Below are positions 23,434-35,780 of a stretch of DNA of 64,000 bases, piece after piece. The stretch covers positions 34,162,001 through 34,226,000 of the forward strand of contig CATNEN010000038.1 in NCBI GenBank assembly GCA_950097015.1, in the 5' to 3' direction. The stretch is from Macrostomum hystrix. Its lineage: Eukaryota; Animalia; Platyhelminthes. The first letter of the stretch is position 1. Each line of letters opens with the position of its first letter. The position numbers were made by a program, and so were the translations under genes. The notes under the pieces are model-generated. The model saw only the letters and a list, made by a program, of their open reading frames with translations, was not told where the DNA came from and did no database searches.

Positions 23434-26400
23434 ATGAGACTTGCTGCAATATTTGCCACTCTCAATTATGTTAAATGCTTACTCAATTTTCTGTTTCTAC
23501 TTCAATGAGTCACGAAAATCAGATGCAATTAAATGTTTACTTCAAACAAATTTAGCGTATTGCAATAATTTTTACCGCTCTGATGATTGATACTTCTAAA
23601 ATATAATCTTAATAATTCACCAAACAGTTAAATGTTCATTTCTGTGCTTAATTAATACTTGTTTAAAAAAACATTTAGAAGTTTGCTTCATGAGTGGCAG
23701 TAGATTTGCTTTTGCAGAGAGATCCTGTAAATAAAATACTTTGCACTAGAAATTATAAAACATACTCTAAAATAAGTATGTATCTCCTAATTATCAAAAG
23801 TAAAATATTGATGCAAATTAAATAGAGTACATAAAACTTTTTCCAAATGTTGTGGTCTGAATTTCTCGCAAAAATTAATACGTATTTATATTTTTTAAAA
23901 CTACTATAAAGCTTTTTATGTTCTACAGTTTGCAACTCTTTTCTTCATGTTTTTTTAGCGATTTAACTGCTTAACTTGTAAAAAAACTTTTTTTAAACTT
24001 ACGAGTATGAAAAGTACTGGTACAAAAAACTTTTTGGGTGTTTTAATGTGCTTTTAAACACCCTTCTTAACATCATTCTTTCATTTATTCTTCACAATTT
24101 TAGGTTGAAATGTTCAGCTCCGAATGACATAGAAAACTATTTACATAATATTTAACATTCCATAATTCCTTAAGTTTAAGTTAATTTACTGTATTTTTAG
24201 TTGAAAAAATTGAAATAGCTGAAACTGGTGTAATTCGAAATCGATTTTTTCCCTTAAACTTTTATTAACTTTTTTACCGTTACAAAAAAAATTTGCGTTA
24301 AAAACTGAAAGAGAAGAGAAAACTGCAACTTGTGCTTCCTCACACAATATGCAGATGCCAGATATGCTGGCATTTATGAAACAATATAATACATAATAAA
24401 GTACGAACAATTTTAATTGCTTTAAATTTATTTTGACTTGACCTAAAGTCTTTTGAAGCTGAACAAGGGTCACTAATAATACTCTGCAACGCATTATTTC
24501 TGCCGATAACCACTTTTAGTTAGTCTTAAAATTATATATTTTCTTATTAGTTAAAAAAGCAACAGACGCCTTACATTTTTACAAATACTGATTATAATTA
24601 AAATAAAAAATCAATGTAAACATTAAAATAATTTTTATGCCTTTTCCTCTTACAATCGAAGAATAAAGTTTTCGTTAAAAACAGATTATGTCTCACTTGT
24701 TTGTTTAAAATATCAGAACATTTTAAAAGCCGAGCGAAAGAACATAGTAATTACCTCATCATGTTTTTCTTTTGCTCATCTTGTAGTATTGCATACTTAC
24801 ATTTAATACTTACACTCAATCAAAATCAATCCGTGTCTGCTTTCGACCATGGCAATGTTTTGTGTATAAAGGTGTTTTTATATTAAAGTATGTATCTCTT
24901 TAGGCAATGCAACCACTAAAAACCATTACGAAAATGTTCGAATTTGTAGGATTTAGACAAATTCAAATAATGCGTTACCATTTGGAACGTACGATTTTTA
25001 CGCTACCTTGATATGAATGCGAGCAACAAAATATTCGAGAAAAAGCTCGAATTTAGAATAAAATATTTTAAACGATACGCACATTTAGGCAAAATCAATA
25101 AATTAACAGATCAACATAAACAGCAGTTATATTTTTTTACCTATCCAACGGTTCTTTAATTTTAAAAGCTTACACCTGATTAGTTTCTGTGCCAATCCCA
25201 AAATAGTAAGAATTTACTTTCTGCAAACTTTCTGAAAATTACAGAATATAAATACTCCCGGTCGCCAGCAATAGGGCCAGCAATAGACTTTTGAAAACTT
25301 GGTGTGCCACTGCTGGAAATGAATGAATTTTATTTATTTTGACCCACAGATTCTGTGCCACGAAGAATTGAGGCCTCCAAGACAGGTTGCTTGGATCCAG
25401 AGCGGCGAAATTTGTTTTTTTTTATTGCTGGAGCTATTGCTGGTCTCCCACTCCGTGACGCAATGAGGAAAATGTGTGCCGTTTTTATTTTTAAGAGAAG
25501 CATAACAGGTTCTTCTTGTGTCACACTACCCAGGGTTTGTGCCGCTCTGTCTAAGCATGTAGGAAGTAATAAAGTACTTTTACGGCTTTACGCCAGTCAT
25601 TTTATTGCTGGACTTACCACGCTGCTCAGAGCGGCTAAAATGGCACACAATACATATTTTTCGCTTTATTAGCGCAAGAAGTAACTGTGCCACAATATTT
25701 AAGAGTACTTGCTATTAGTCTAGGCACATTGCTAAAAACTATGTAACGTCCCTATAATCTATAGATGTCTTCAAGGATCGTTTGTCGTGAAATATTCAAA
25801 CTGCAGCTAAAGTTTTCAACGAACTTGTCGTACCCCACGTGGTGTGAAACCCTCAACACTTAGGATTCGAAGCACTATTTTTCGAAATGAAGCTCTATTA
25901 GAATATTACTTTCAACAATAGTATATACCCTTTTGTGGTTTAATTTATGTGCAAAGACTGTCAAGAGTATAGTGTTATGCAGTGTATAGCTAGACCTAGT
26001 TATACATAGACCTACACTTGTGGGGGAGAGAAGAGTTCTAACCCTATATGGCTATGGAAATGAAATAGAGAAAAAGACTTTCTAAAAGTTTCTCATCTGA
26101 TTTTTTGCTTTTGAACAAAAGATAGCTATGCCTATGCTTAGCTATATAGCTAGCTAAAGCAGGATTAAGATGGCTATGAAAAAATCCTAGAAAAAAGAAT
26201 GTTGTACTTAGACTTAGAATACTGTAGAACTAGTTATGACAATTTTAATATAATTGTATTCCTCAAACATATTTCATTGAATATATATATAGAAAGCCAA
26301 CTTGATATGATATTATATAATATTAAGCATATTTATTATTTAACATTATTGTATACTCACATAGGGAAAAAGGAAATTGTCTATTTGTTTGTTAACTTCT

Positions 26401-26664
26401 CTAAAAAATGTATAGACTGACATGCTAAAAAAGACAAAATATTTTTCCCTCATGATTTGTTTACTCTATTTAGTTTCCACAATTAGGTTTATATAATTTA
26501 TTCAATTTACTTTAAATATTTGGGTTCAATAAATGATTAGCAATTTCTATATTCTATATTCTAGCTTATATTGTCATATCAGAATTTTGTCTTTCAAGTT
26601 CTAAGAAATTTATTACTATATTTACTAAATCAACTATTGCTTTTGATAAACCATGATTATCTTG

Positions 26665-27710
26665 CCTAGCCATGTCAGCCATGCCTAGCCATATACAATA
26701 ATGTCAAGGCCTAGCCATGCCCAGCATGCCAACCATGCCAAACAATGTCTAACCATGCCTAGCTATACCTGCCATGCCCAACCATGCCCAAATATTCCCC
26801 GCCATGCCCAGCCATGCCCAACCATGCCCAGCCTTGCCCAGCCATGTCCAACCATGCCCAACCATGCCCAGCCATGCCCAACCATGCCCAACCATGCCCA
26901 ACTATTCCTAGCCATGCCCAACCATGCCCAACTATTCCCAGCCATGCCCAACCATGCCCAACTATTCCCAGCCATGCCCAACCATGCCCAACTATTCCCA
27001 GCCATGCCCAACCATGCCCAACTATTCCCAGCCATGCCCAACCATGCCCAACTATTCACAGCCATGCCCAACCATGCCCAACTATTCCCAGGCTTGCCAA
27101 ACCATGCCTAGCTATACCTGCCATGCCCAGGCTTGCCAAACCATGCCTAGCTATACCTGCCATGCCCCAACCATGCCCAGCCATGCCCAGGCTTGCCAAA
27201 CCATGCCCAGCCATGCCCAGGCTTGCCAAACCATGCCCAGGCTTGCCAAACTATGCCCAGCAATGTCTAACCATACGTAGCTTTACATACATGCGCAACA
27301 CCCGGCCGACCTGGCCGAAATGGCCAGGTGAAACGAGGGCCAAGCAAGGTAAGTCGCAAAAACCAATTGACCAAGCGCAAAAAAATCAAAGGGGGGACCA
27401 AGGGACAAAAAAGGAAGGCGTGAAGAAAAGGAAAAAGGGGAGAGAAAAAGAGAGCAAATGAGAGCAAACTAAGTCGTAAATAGAGCAATGAAATGAACTA
27501 AGTCACAAATGAGAGCAAAAACTAAGTCGCACGGCCGGCTAAGATTTGGGAGGTTGCGCATGTATGTAGCTTTACCTGCCATGCCCAGCAATGTCTAACC
27601 ATGCCTAGCTATACCTGCCATGCCCAACTATTCCCAGCCATGCCCAACCATGCCCAACTATTCACAGCCATGCCCAACCATGCCCAACTATTCACAGCCA
27701 TGCCCAACTC
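26665..27710 (+). repeat. Inner TIR minisatellite, decamer (G/A)CCATGCCCA / ACTATTCCCA (left arm)
   Basis: Tandem 10-bp units with 30-bp higher-order structure. Confidence 0.93.
27286..27566. mobile_element. 281-bp hAT-like MITE nested in the left arm of the foldback element
   Basis: 14-bp TIR CATACATGCGCAAC/GTTGCGCATGTATG and 8-bp TSD TAGCTTTA. The empty site is preserved in the right arm (~32035-32060). Confidence 0.9.
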
Positions 27711-27720
27711 CTGCCCACAG

Positions 27721-28245
27721 ATAAAGACAACTCTTGTCTGCTCCATATGCCACATTGCAAGTCGAGTGAATGGCATAGATGTTGTAACAATTCTCCGCCT
27801 GCCAGTCCGGGAAAACGATGACCGCGATTTTCCCCTAATCGTGCGACAAGCTATGATGTCCACCTCGGAGCAGACAGACATTCCTTGTTCAGATCCGAAC
27901 TGCGGAAATGGTCGACGCAGTCATATTCAAGTACTTGCATCGACATCTGAATGCCTGTGCATCGGTGTTGATCGAGTCCGAGTTGACCCGAAGAGCGGTG
28001 CCATATTAAAATGCTCATCGGCTATTCCTCTCGAAATGAAGCTCACTCTGTCAGGTAGAAAATACACGCTTCGAGCGGCTGTTGTTCACATGGGCCGTTC
28101 AGCCCAGAGCGGTCACTACATTGCATACACTTTTCCCGACGATTGCAATTGTTTCTGTGTAAGCGATTTAAGTGTACGGAAAGTGAGCCTGTCATCCGCA
28201 TTTCATGACATTAAGTTCAATTGCTGCGCACTTTTTTATCGGTAG
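27721..28245 (+). pseudogene. C-terminal half of a ubiquitin-specific protease (peptidase C19/USP) domain carried by the foldback element
   Basis: Finger zinc ribbon CSIC...CSDPNC, 'LCIGVDRV', His box YTLRAAVVHMGRSAQSGHYIAY, VSDLSV, and terminal ALFYR. No Cys box is visible. Begins after a CAG at 27718-27720 that abuts the minisatellite. Confidence 0.8.
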
Positions 28246-28435
28246 TTTTCACAGCTGTCTCTATTGGCTCTGCTAATCGCACGAGTTCGCACGATTCTGC
28301 TTCGAATTTTGATACCAGCGCTGCATTCGCTGGGAGCTGCTATCCTTAGGAAGTTTTGGACGTGATAATTAACAGTAGACGGTAGTAATTGTCGGTACCA
28401 GCCAAGAAATGGCCGGAAAACAGAGACATTAGAAA

Positions 28436-28654
28436 TATACCTTTTTGCACTTCAATTCGTCACATCTGCAATTGATTTCGGCAAGGGCTGTCACTAGCAC
28501 ATAAAAATTCGCTTTCAATTCTGAATGATGCCGAATACAATTGCAGATGCTTGCGGGTGCGATATTATGGACTTTTGTCTATGGGAAAATGTCACTCTTT
28601 CGTGTCTGCCGAAATCAATTGCAGATGTGACGAACTAAAGCGCAAAAAGGTATA
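28436..28654. mobile_element. ~220-bp MITE-like palindrome with termini TATACCTTTTTGC...GCAAAAAGGTATA
   Basis: About 55-bp imperfect inverted arms (..TTCGTCACATCTGCAATTGATTTCGGCA / TGCCGAAATCAATTGCAGATGTGACGAA..). Confidence 0.75.
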
Positions 28655-29091
28655 GTAACTATCGATCATTGCCATCTTAGTTATTTTTGTACTTCGTGGA
28701 GTAACGGGGAAAGCGTTACTTTTAAATGAAGATATCGATCCCCATCATTGAGCAGCGCGCCCATCACTGATTAAGAATGAACACAGCATTTATTTCTTTC
28801 TACAAGTGCAAATCATGCTTTCCTGTTTGTGGTGAATATAGCGTTCATATATTTTTTCCTATGTTCCTAGCCTCTTACAGCTTTTAAAGTATTCAGACGG
28901 AATCGTTTACCCTTTTACATATGAATATTCTCCTGGCTTCAATGCGCGTCCCCACAGCGTAAAACAACTTTTGCTGCCTTGTATAATAGTTTCATTTATC
29001 TTTTCTGACCCGCTTTTATGTGTGCGATACTTTTGCCTCAGCCATTGCATTACGCTGGCTTGCTGTATTCTCATGACAGGATCGTATCTAC

Positions 29092-29525
29092 TATACCTTT
29101 TTGCGATTGAATTCATCCAAACTCACAAAACAATTCATCCAGTATGGGCTGGTGACTGGGCATCGCAGTCAGTCTCTGCCATAGACACCAGCGTTCCCGC
29201 AAAACGATTCATCCAGTCTGCGAATCATTTCATTCTCTGCACTGGGGCTGGGGCTTTCTACCATAGATAGCTCCTGCCCCTGTTCGCCAACACGGTGCGC
29301 GGTACCCCAATTCAAACCTCTCCACCCCCTCCTTTCTATCTCCGTCTCTCAGCCCTCTTTTCCTCTCTTATCTCTTGTATCATGGACGAAATGATTCGCA
29401 GACTGGCTGGATCGTTTTGCGGGAACGCTGGTGTCTATGGCAGAGACTGACTGCGATGCCCAGTCACCAGCCCATACTGGATGAATTGTTTTGTGAGTTT
29501 GGATGATTTCAATCGCAGAGGTATA
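29092..29525. mobile_element. ~434-bp MITE-like palindrome with ~140-bp arms and termini TATACCTTTTTGC...GCAGAGGTATA
   Basis: Arms 29092-~29231 and ~29388-29525 are near-perfect inverted repeats (mirror ORF text IQTHKTIHPVWAGDW on both strands). Confidence 0.85.
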
Positions 29526-30333
29526 TTTTATTTTCTTCGCGTCAGTTTGACGCAAACATTTTGCACAATATTTTAATATATTTTACAAGTATACACAACT
29601 TACGACCAGTTTGTTAGAGACAAGCTTCAGAAATCACTTTTGTTTGTTTCGTTTTCAGTAATCAAGCTTGTAAACGGCTTGCTTCCAGCACTTTACTTCT
29701 TATTTAAAAAAAGAAATGAAGAGAGAGCGATAGAAATGCACGATATTGCTGCCCTTATGATTTTGGAAAAGCGCTATGATAATACGCGCGTAAGATTCGT
29801 GGGTTCGAGAATAAACTGACGCAGGAGAAAAACTTTGACAAACTTGTTGTGCATGCTAGTGAAGACCAGACAATCTGGTCCTTAAACAGAAATGCCAATT
29901 TGAAATGTAGCGAACAATGATCCAACAACTATATTTAGTCGTTGACAAGATAGACAAGATTGTCATCTTGTCATTGTCTGTTTGACAAGATAGATGTGCT
30001 TAGCGTAACTGGTATCCGTTCAAAAATGTAGCTTTAGTAGCTTCAAAATACAATAAAACCGCAAAACATTTTGCGCGTGGTAGTCATCGTTCGTCGGCTT
30101 AAGCATATACATGTAGCATATGGCATTCAGCATATAGCTCGTAATATTCATTTTAGCCGCAATGCATTCCACTTGAAAGAAGTCACATTTACGATCTTAT
30201 TTTACAGCTGCTTGTGCTTGATTAAAAGCACAATTTTTTGCTCCTGAAATCACTGCTTCGCAAAGGCTATAAGGCAAAATGCCAAAACAGCTTGCATTTG
30301 AGTCTTGCGAATGAAAACAAGAGATGGCATGCA

Positions 30334-31488
30334 TTAAACCCGTCTCGAGCGCAAAATTCGGGCAGTACAGCTGGTTTGCACGCTAGCCCCGCTCCATGGA
30401 TTGCAAAGTGTTCCCTTCTTCGTCGTTTTCCTTTTCGGTACAGTCTCTAGTTCCCTCTGCATTTGAGCTTCCGGCTCTCCCTCGTCGGAACTGCCATCTT
30501 CACATCGATGAACCTTGGAAGCTGCTGCAGGCAGAGATCCTTCCTGCACTGTCTGCTTCCTTCGGCGTATGCCTTCGTCCAGCTGCTGTTGCATGTCCTG
30601 CTGCATCTGCCGCATGCCTTCGTCCAGCTGCTGTTGCATGTCCTGCTGCATCTGCCGCATGCCTTCGTCCAGCTGCTGTTGCATGTCCTGCTGCATCTGC
30701 CGCAGGCCTTCGTCTATCTGCTGCTGCATCTGCCGCATGCCTTCGTCCAGCTGCTGTTGCATCTGTCGCATGCCTTCGTCAGTCTGCACAATCTGCTGCT
30801 GCTTCTCGGCTTGCTTCGGTGAACCATCGACTTGAGTACCAATGCCGCCAACTGAAGCAGTCACTCGCAAATCCACTTGTTTCAGCAGTAAGTTGTGAAA
30901 GACATCGTCTTCCATATGGCGAAGTTTCAGTGAATGCCACCAGAGTCCGCGAACCGGACTGCCAGATCCGCCTGATACCGGAAGCCAGCATAGAGCCTGT
31001 GAAGGAGCGCATTATTTAGACAGTCACTCTCAATTGTAAAAAGGTGAATAAAATACTGATGCATAAATATATCAATCATTTATGTTCTGCTTGCTACGAT
31101 TGTTCCAATAAATCTGAACTACAAAAACCAGAATACCGATTGCAATAACACAGGTCTATTAGAATAGAAGAAGAACTGGACCAAGAGTACACTAGAACAT
31201 ACGTTTCTATAATAAAAGAATGCATACATTTCATTGAACACTAAAGTGACTTACAGCATGATCAGACCTCCAGTAGTACGATTTTGAATGGCCACTAGTC
31301 CCATAATGGCTGTTCTTAAGGCAGTCGCAAAGCCGGAGCCTGGCAAGAGATGGAGGACAGTTGTCTAGATCAACCCACGAAGCGAACGAACCCGCAGGAC
31401 AGACGTAGGAGCTTCCTAGAGGAGCCAATTGTACAAAAACCTCAGACTCCAAAGGTTGCCTACATAAAATGCGACTGACAAGCGCCAT
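30334..31488 (-). CDS. Two-exon unknown protein (~298 aa) with a Gln-rich coiled-coil repeat, inside the foldback element
   Basis: Exon 31255-31488 (ATG..GCT|gtaagt, phase 0) joins exon 30334-30996 (ttcacag|GCT, in frame with the MEDDVF ORF). Contains (QQ)LDEGMRQMQQ(DMQQ) repeats. Confidence 0.6.
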
Positions 31489-31589
31489 GGAACAAATCGA
31501 ACTGAAAAAAGTGAGGAATGAGGAAACGTTACAAAAGCACGCGTCTCATGTGTAAAGGCACATTACGGCAAGGAACAAGCTCGAGAGGC

Positions 31590-32905
31590 GGCATGGTTTG
31601 GCATGGCTGGGCATGGCTGGGCATGGTTAGACATTGTAGGGCATTGCAAGGCATGGCTGGGCATGGTTAGACATTGTAGGGCATGGTTGGGCATGGTTCG
31701 GCATGGCTGGGCATTGCTAGGCATGGCTGGGCATGGCTGGGCATGGTTAGACATTGTAGGGCATGGTTCGGCATAGCTGGGCATGGTTAGACATTGTATT
31801 GCATGGTTGGGCATGGTTAGACATTGTAGGGCATTGCTAGGCATGGCTGGGCATAGTTTGGCATTGCTAGGCATGGCTGGGCATGGTTGGGGCAGGGTTA
31901 GACATTGTAGGGCATGGTTCGGCATGGTTCGGCATAGCTAGGCATGGCTGGGCATGGTTAGACATTGTAGGGCATGGCTGGGCATGGCTAGACATGGTTA
32001 TACATTGTAGGGCATTGCTAGGCATTGCTGGGCATGGCAGGTAAAGCTACGTATGGTTAGACATTGCTGGGCATAGTTTGGCAAGCCTGGGCATGGTTTG
32101 GCAAGCCTGGGCATGGCTGGGCATGGTTTGGCAAGCCTGGGCATGGCTGGGCATGGTTGGGGCATGGCAGGTATAGCTAGGCATGGTTTGGCAAGCCTGG
32201 GCATGGCTGGGCATGGTTGGGCATGGATGTGAATAGTTGGGCATGGTTGGGCATGGCTGTGAATAGTTGGGCATGGTTGGGCATGACTGGGAATAGTTGG
32301 GCATGGTTGGGCATGGTTTGGCAAGCCTGGGCATGGCTGGGCATGGTTGGGCATGGCTGGGAATAGTTGGGCATGGTTGGGCATGGCTGTGAATAGTTGG
32401 GCATGGTTGGGCATGGCTGTGAATAGTTGGGCATGGTTGGGCATGGCTGGGAATAGTTGGGCATGGTTGGGCATGGCTGTGAATAGTTGGGCATGGTTGG
32501 GCATGGCTGGGAATAGTTGGGCATGGTTGGGCATGGCTGTGAATAGTTGGGCATGGTTGGGCATGGCTGGGAATAGTTGGGCATGGTTGGGCATGGCTGG
32601 GCATGGTTGGGCATGGTTGGACATGGCTGGGCAAGGCTGGGCATGGTTGGGCATGGCTGGGCATAGCGGGGAATATTTGGGCATGGTTGGGCATGGCAGG
32701 TATAGCTAGGCATGGTTAGACATTGTTGGGCATGGTTTGGTAAGCCTGGGCATGGTTGGACATGGCTGGGAATAGTTGGGCATGGTTGGGCATGGCAGGT
32801 ATAGCTAGGCATGGTTAGACATTGTTTGGCATGGTTGGCATGCTGGGCATGGCTAGGCCTTGACATTATTGTATATGGCTAGGCATGGCTGACATGGCTA
32901 GGCAA
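31590..32905 (-). repeat. Inner TIR minisatellite, right arm (GGCATGG(C/T)TG decamers plus a GCATGGTTAGACATTGTAGG sub-array)
   Basis: Inverted counterpart of 26665-27710, but longer. Confidence 0.93.
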
Positions 32906-35399
32906 GATAATCATGGTTTATCAAAAGCAATAGTTGATTTAGTAAATATAGTAATAAATTTCTTAGAACTTGAAAGACAAAATTCTGATATGACAATATA
33001 AGCTAGAATATAGAATATAGAAATTGCTAATCATTTATTGAACCCAAATATTTAAAGTAAATTGAATAAATTATATAAACCTAATTGTGGAAACTAAATA
33101 GAGTAAACAAATCATGAGGGAAAAATATTTTGTCTTTTTTAGCATGTCAGTCTATACATTTTTTAGAGAAGTTAACAAACAAATAGACAATTTCCTTTTT
33201 CCCTATGTGAGTATACAATAATGTTAAATAATAAATATGCTTAATATTATATAATATCATATCAAGTTGGCTTTCTATATATATATTCAATGAAATATGT
33301 TTGAGGAATACAATTATATTAAAATTGTCATAACTAGTTCTACAGTATTCTAAGTCTAAGTACAACATTCTTTTTTCTAGGATTTTTTCATAGCCATCTT
33401 AATCCTGCTTTAGCTAGCTATATAGCTAAGCATAGGCATAGCTATCTTTTGTTCAAAAGCAAAAAATCAGATGAGAAACTTTTAGAAAGTCTTTTTCTCT
33501 ATTTCATTTCCATAGCCATATAGGGTTAGAACTCTTCTCTCCCCCACAAGTGTAGGTCTATGTATAACTAGGTCTAGCTATACACTGCATAACACTATAC
33601 TCTTGACAGTCTTTGCACATAAATTAAACCACAAAAGGGTATATACTATTGTTGAAAGTAATATTCTAATAGAGCTTCATTTCGAAAAATAGTGCTTCGA
33701 ATCCTAAGTGTTGAGGGTTTCACACCACGTGGGGTACGACAAGTTCGTTGAAAACTTTAGCTGCAGTTTGAATATTTCACGACAAACGATCCTTGAAGAC
33801 ATCTATAGATTATAGGGACGTTACATAGTTTTTAGCAATGTGCCTAGACTAATAGCAAGTACTCTTAAATATTGTGGCACAGTTACTTCTTGCGCTAATA
33901 AAGCGAAAAATATGTATTGTGTGCCATTTTAGCCGCTCTGAGCAGCGTGGTAAGTCCAGCAATAAAATGACTGGCGTAAAGCCGTAAAAGTACTTTATTA
34001 CTTCCTACATGCTTAGACAGAGCGGCACAAACCCTGGGTAGTGTGACACAAGAAGAACCTGTTATGCTTCTCTTAAAAATAAAAACGGCACACATTTTCC
34101 TCATTGCGTCACGGAGTGGGAGACCAGCAATAGCTCCAGCGATAAAAAAAAACAAATTTCGCCGCTCTGGATCCAAGCGACCTGTCTTGGAGGCCTCAAT
34201 TCTTCGTGGCACAGAATCTGTGGGTCAAAATAAATAAAATTCATTCATTTCCAGCAGTGGCACACCAAGTTTTCAAAAGTCTATTGCTTGGCCCTATTGC
34301 TGGCGACCGGGGAGTATATAAATTCCACCACAAAATCGTTCTAACCAAAAACAATGTAAAACAGCACATATTTTAATTCTTTACAGCTCTCTTATGTAAC
34401 AGCTCTCTTTACAGCTCTCTTTAACATTGTTATCAGCTTTTTAATCATAAAAATATAACAAACTTGTTGGGAAGATAGTGCTTAGTTCTGTGCATTAAGG
34501 AAACTATGCTGGCGCATTGACCGCTTAATCAATTAACCGAGCCAGAGAAAACACAACATGCTTTTTATTTTATTTTATGTTTAAAAAAATTTCTTTAACA
34601 AAACTTGCCTTGCGTTCTCTTTCAAAAATAAAACCGAAGTGACTTTTTATACAAAGAAAAGCTGTGACGAAGTAGAGAGGAAAATATATAAATTTATGTA
34701 CAAACGATGCGAAATGTAAACGAAAAATGGGCAGTTTTTTTGTTTTCATAGAAAATAAACGATGGGACGAATCGGTAAAAGATGCAATGAAAGAACTTTT
34801 GTTAAAAAAACACTTAGCGGAAGAATGACTATGTTCAAAATTACAGTGTGACAGTATCTGCAAGTGACGATTATTCTTATTTTAGATCGCTTTTATATAT
34901 CGCATTAATAAACGAAAGTAGAAAACTGTTTTACATTTCTTGCTGCTGCTCCTAAAAAAACGCGTCCTACACGAGCAACCTACTAAAAGTAGTTTAGTCG
35001 TTGAAAAGACGAAATCACACAAACAGCAAAATTTGAATGACTTTTGCTTTTCTGTACGTGTAAAAAACTCTACAAGATAAGTGGGAACAACAAAACAACA
35101 CAAGAAAATTATTGCCACAAGGAAGAGAATTTTAGTTAGATATATAATAATTCACATGTCTAGAAGAACTAGTTGTTGTACACACTAATGTCATTTAGTA
35201 TGCCGGCGTGCGGAAAGCTACTGTTGGGTCACAATCGATAAGGTAATTTTGTACAGGAACTCACATCTCAGCTTTATGTCCTATTGATTTTCTATTTCCA
35301 AGTATCTGTTTGAGTTTGAATAGAAAATGAACAGGACAGTAAAGCGGCTCTATTTGTTCTCTCGCCTAAAAAGTTGCTGTTCAGGTAAAAGGGAAACAG

Positions 35400-35780
35400 T
35401 CAAGACGAATTGCTGTCGTCCGAGTCCCAGCCGTTGTCCTTTATTAGATGGGCCAATTCAATGATGAACTTGCCCTCCTTGTACTTCTGCGAGCTCTCAA
35501 AGGCGTGCTCATATTTCCAGCCTAGGGTGGTGCGGCAGCCCTGACAGTGAATGTCAGCCACGCTGTGCAAGCCGGTGAGCAGGACCCTCTCCTCAACTGG
35601 TCCGGTTGTGATATTAACCACCCTGTCAAACAGGTAGGCTCGGCCCTGGCTGCCTTGGAAGCTCTTACTGATTAGGTCGCAATGAGCAGCAAGGTGGGCG
35701 CGACAGTGAACGCAGGCGTAGGTGCGGCCGCTGATTGTCGGCGACTCCGGCGACAGGTACACTTGAAAGGTCTTGCCCAT
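35400..35780 (-). CDS. YPEL: Protein yippee-like (YPEL1/2/3 type), intronless CDS, 126 aa
   Basis: [94 protein letters not shown] is the canonical Yippee zinc-binding domain. ATG at 35780; the upstream extension of the ORF is a pyrimidine tract/acceptor. Confidence 0.96.
   Translation of the reverse strand: MGKTFQVYLSPESPTISGRTYACVHCRAHLAAHCDLISKSFQGSQGRAYLFDRVVNITTGPVEERVLLTGLHSVADIHCQGCRTTLGWKYEHAFESSQKYKEGKFIIELAHLIKDNGWDSDDSNSS

Larger units (their letters stand above)
25254..34315. mobile_element. 9.06-kb foldback-type non-autonomous DNA transposon with very long TIRs
   Basis: Left end ACTCCCGGTCGCCAGCAATAGGGCC; right end GGCCCTATTGCTGGCGACCGGGGAGT. ATATAAAT is directly repeated on both flanks (25246-25253, 34316-34323). 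The unique arms 25254-~26700 and ~32870-34315 are near-identical inverted copies (mirror ORFs 25355/33895 and 26199/33147), followed inward by inverted GCCATGCCCA-type arrays. Confidence 0.92.

Noticed and set aside
25330-26420. ORFs of 64-105 aa in the TIR arms (mirrored at 33147-34237)
   Set aside because: AT-rich with no motifs; their duplication only reflects the inverted repeat.
26701-27461. MPNHAQ/PCPT repeat proteins (also 31563-32866)
   Set aside because: Translations of the decamer arrays.
25254-34315. Polinton/Maverick assignment
   Set aside because: No PolB, integrase, ATPase or capsid ORFs; termini are not AG..CT; the protease is C19-type rather than adenain.
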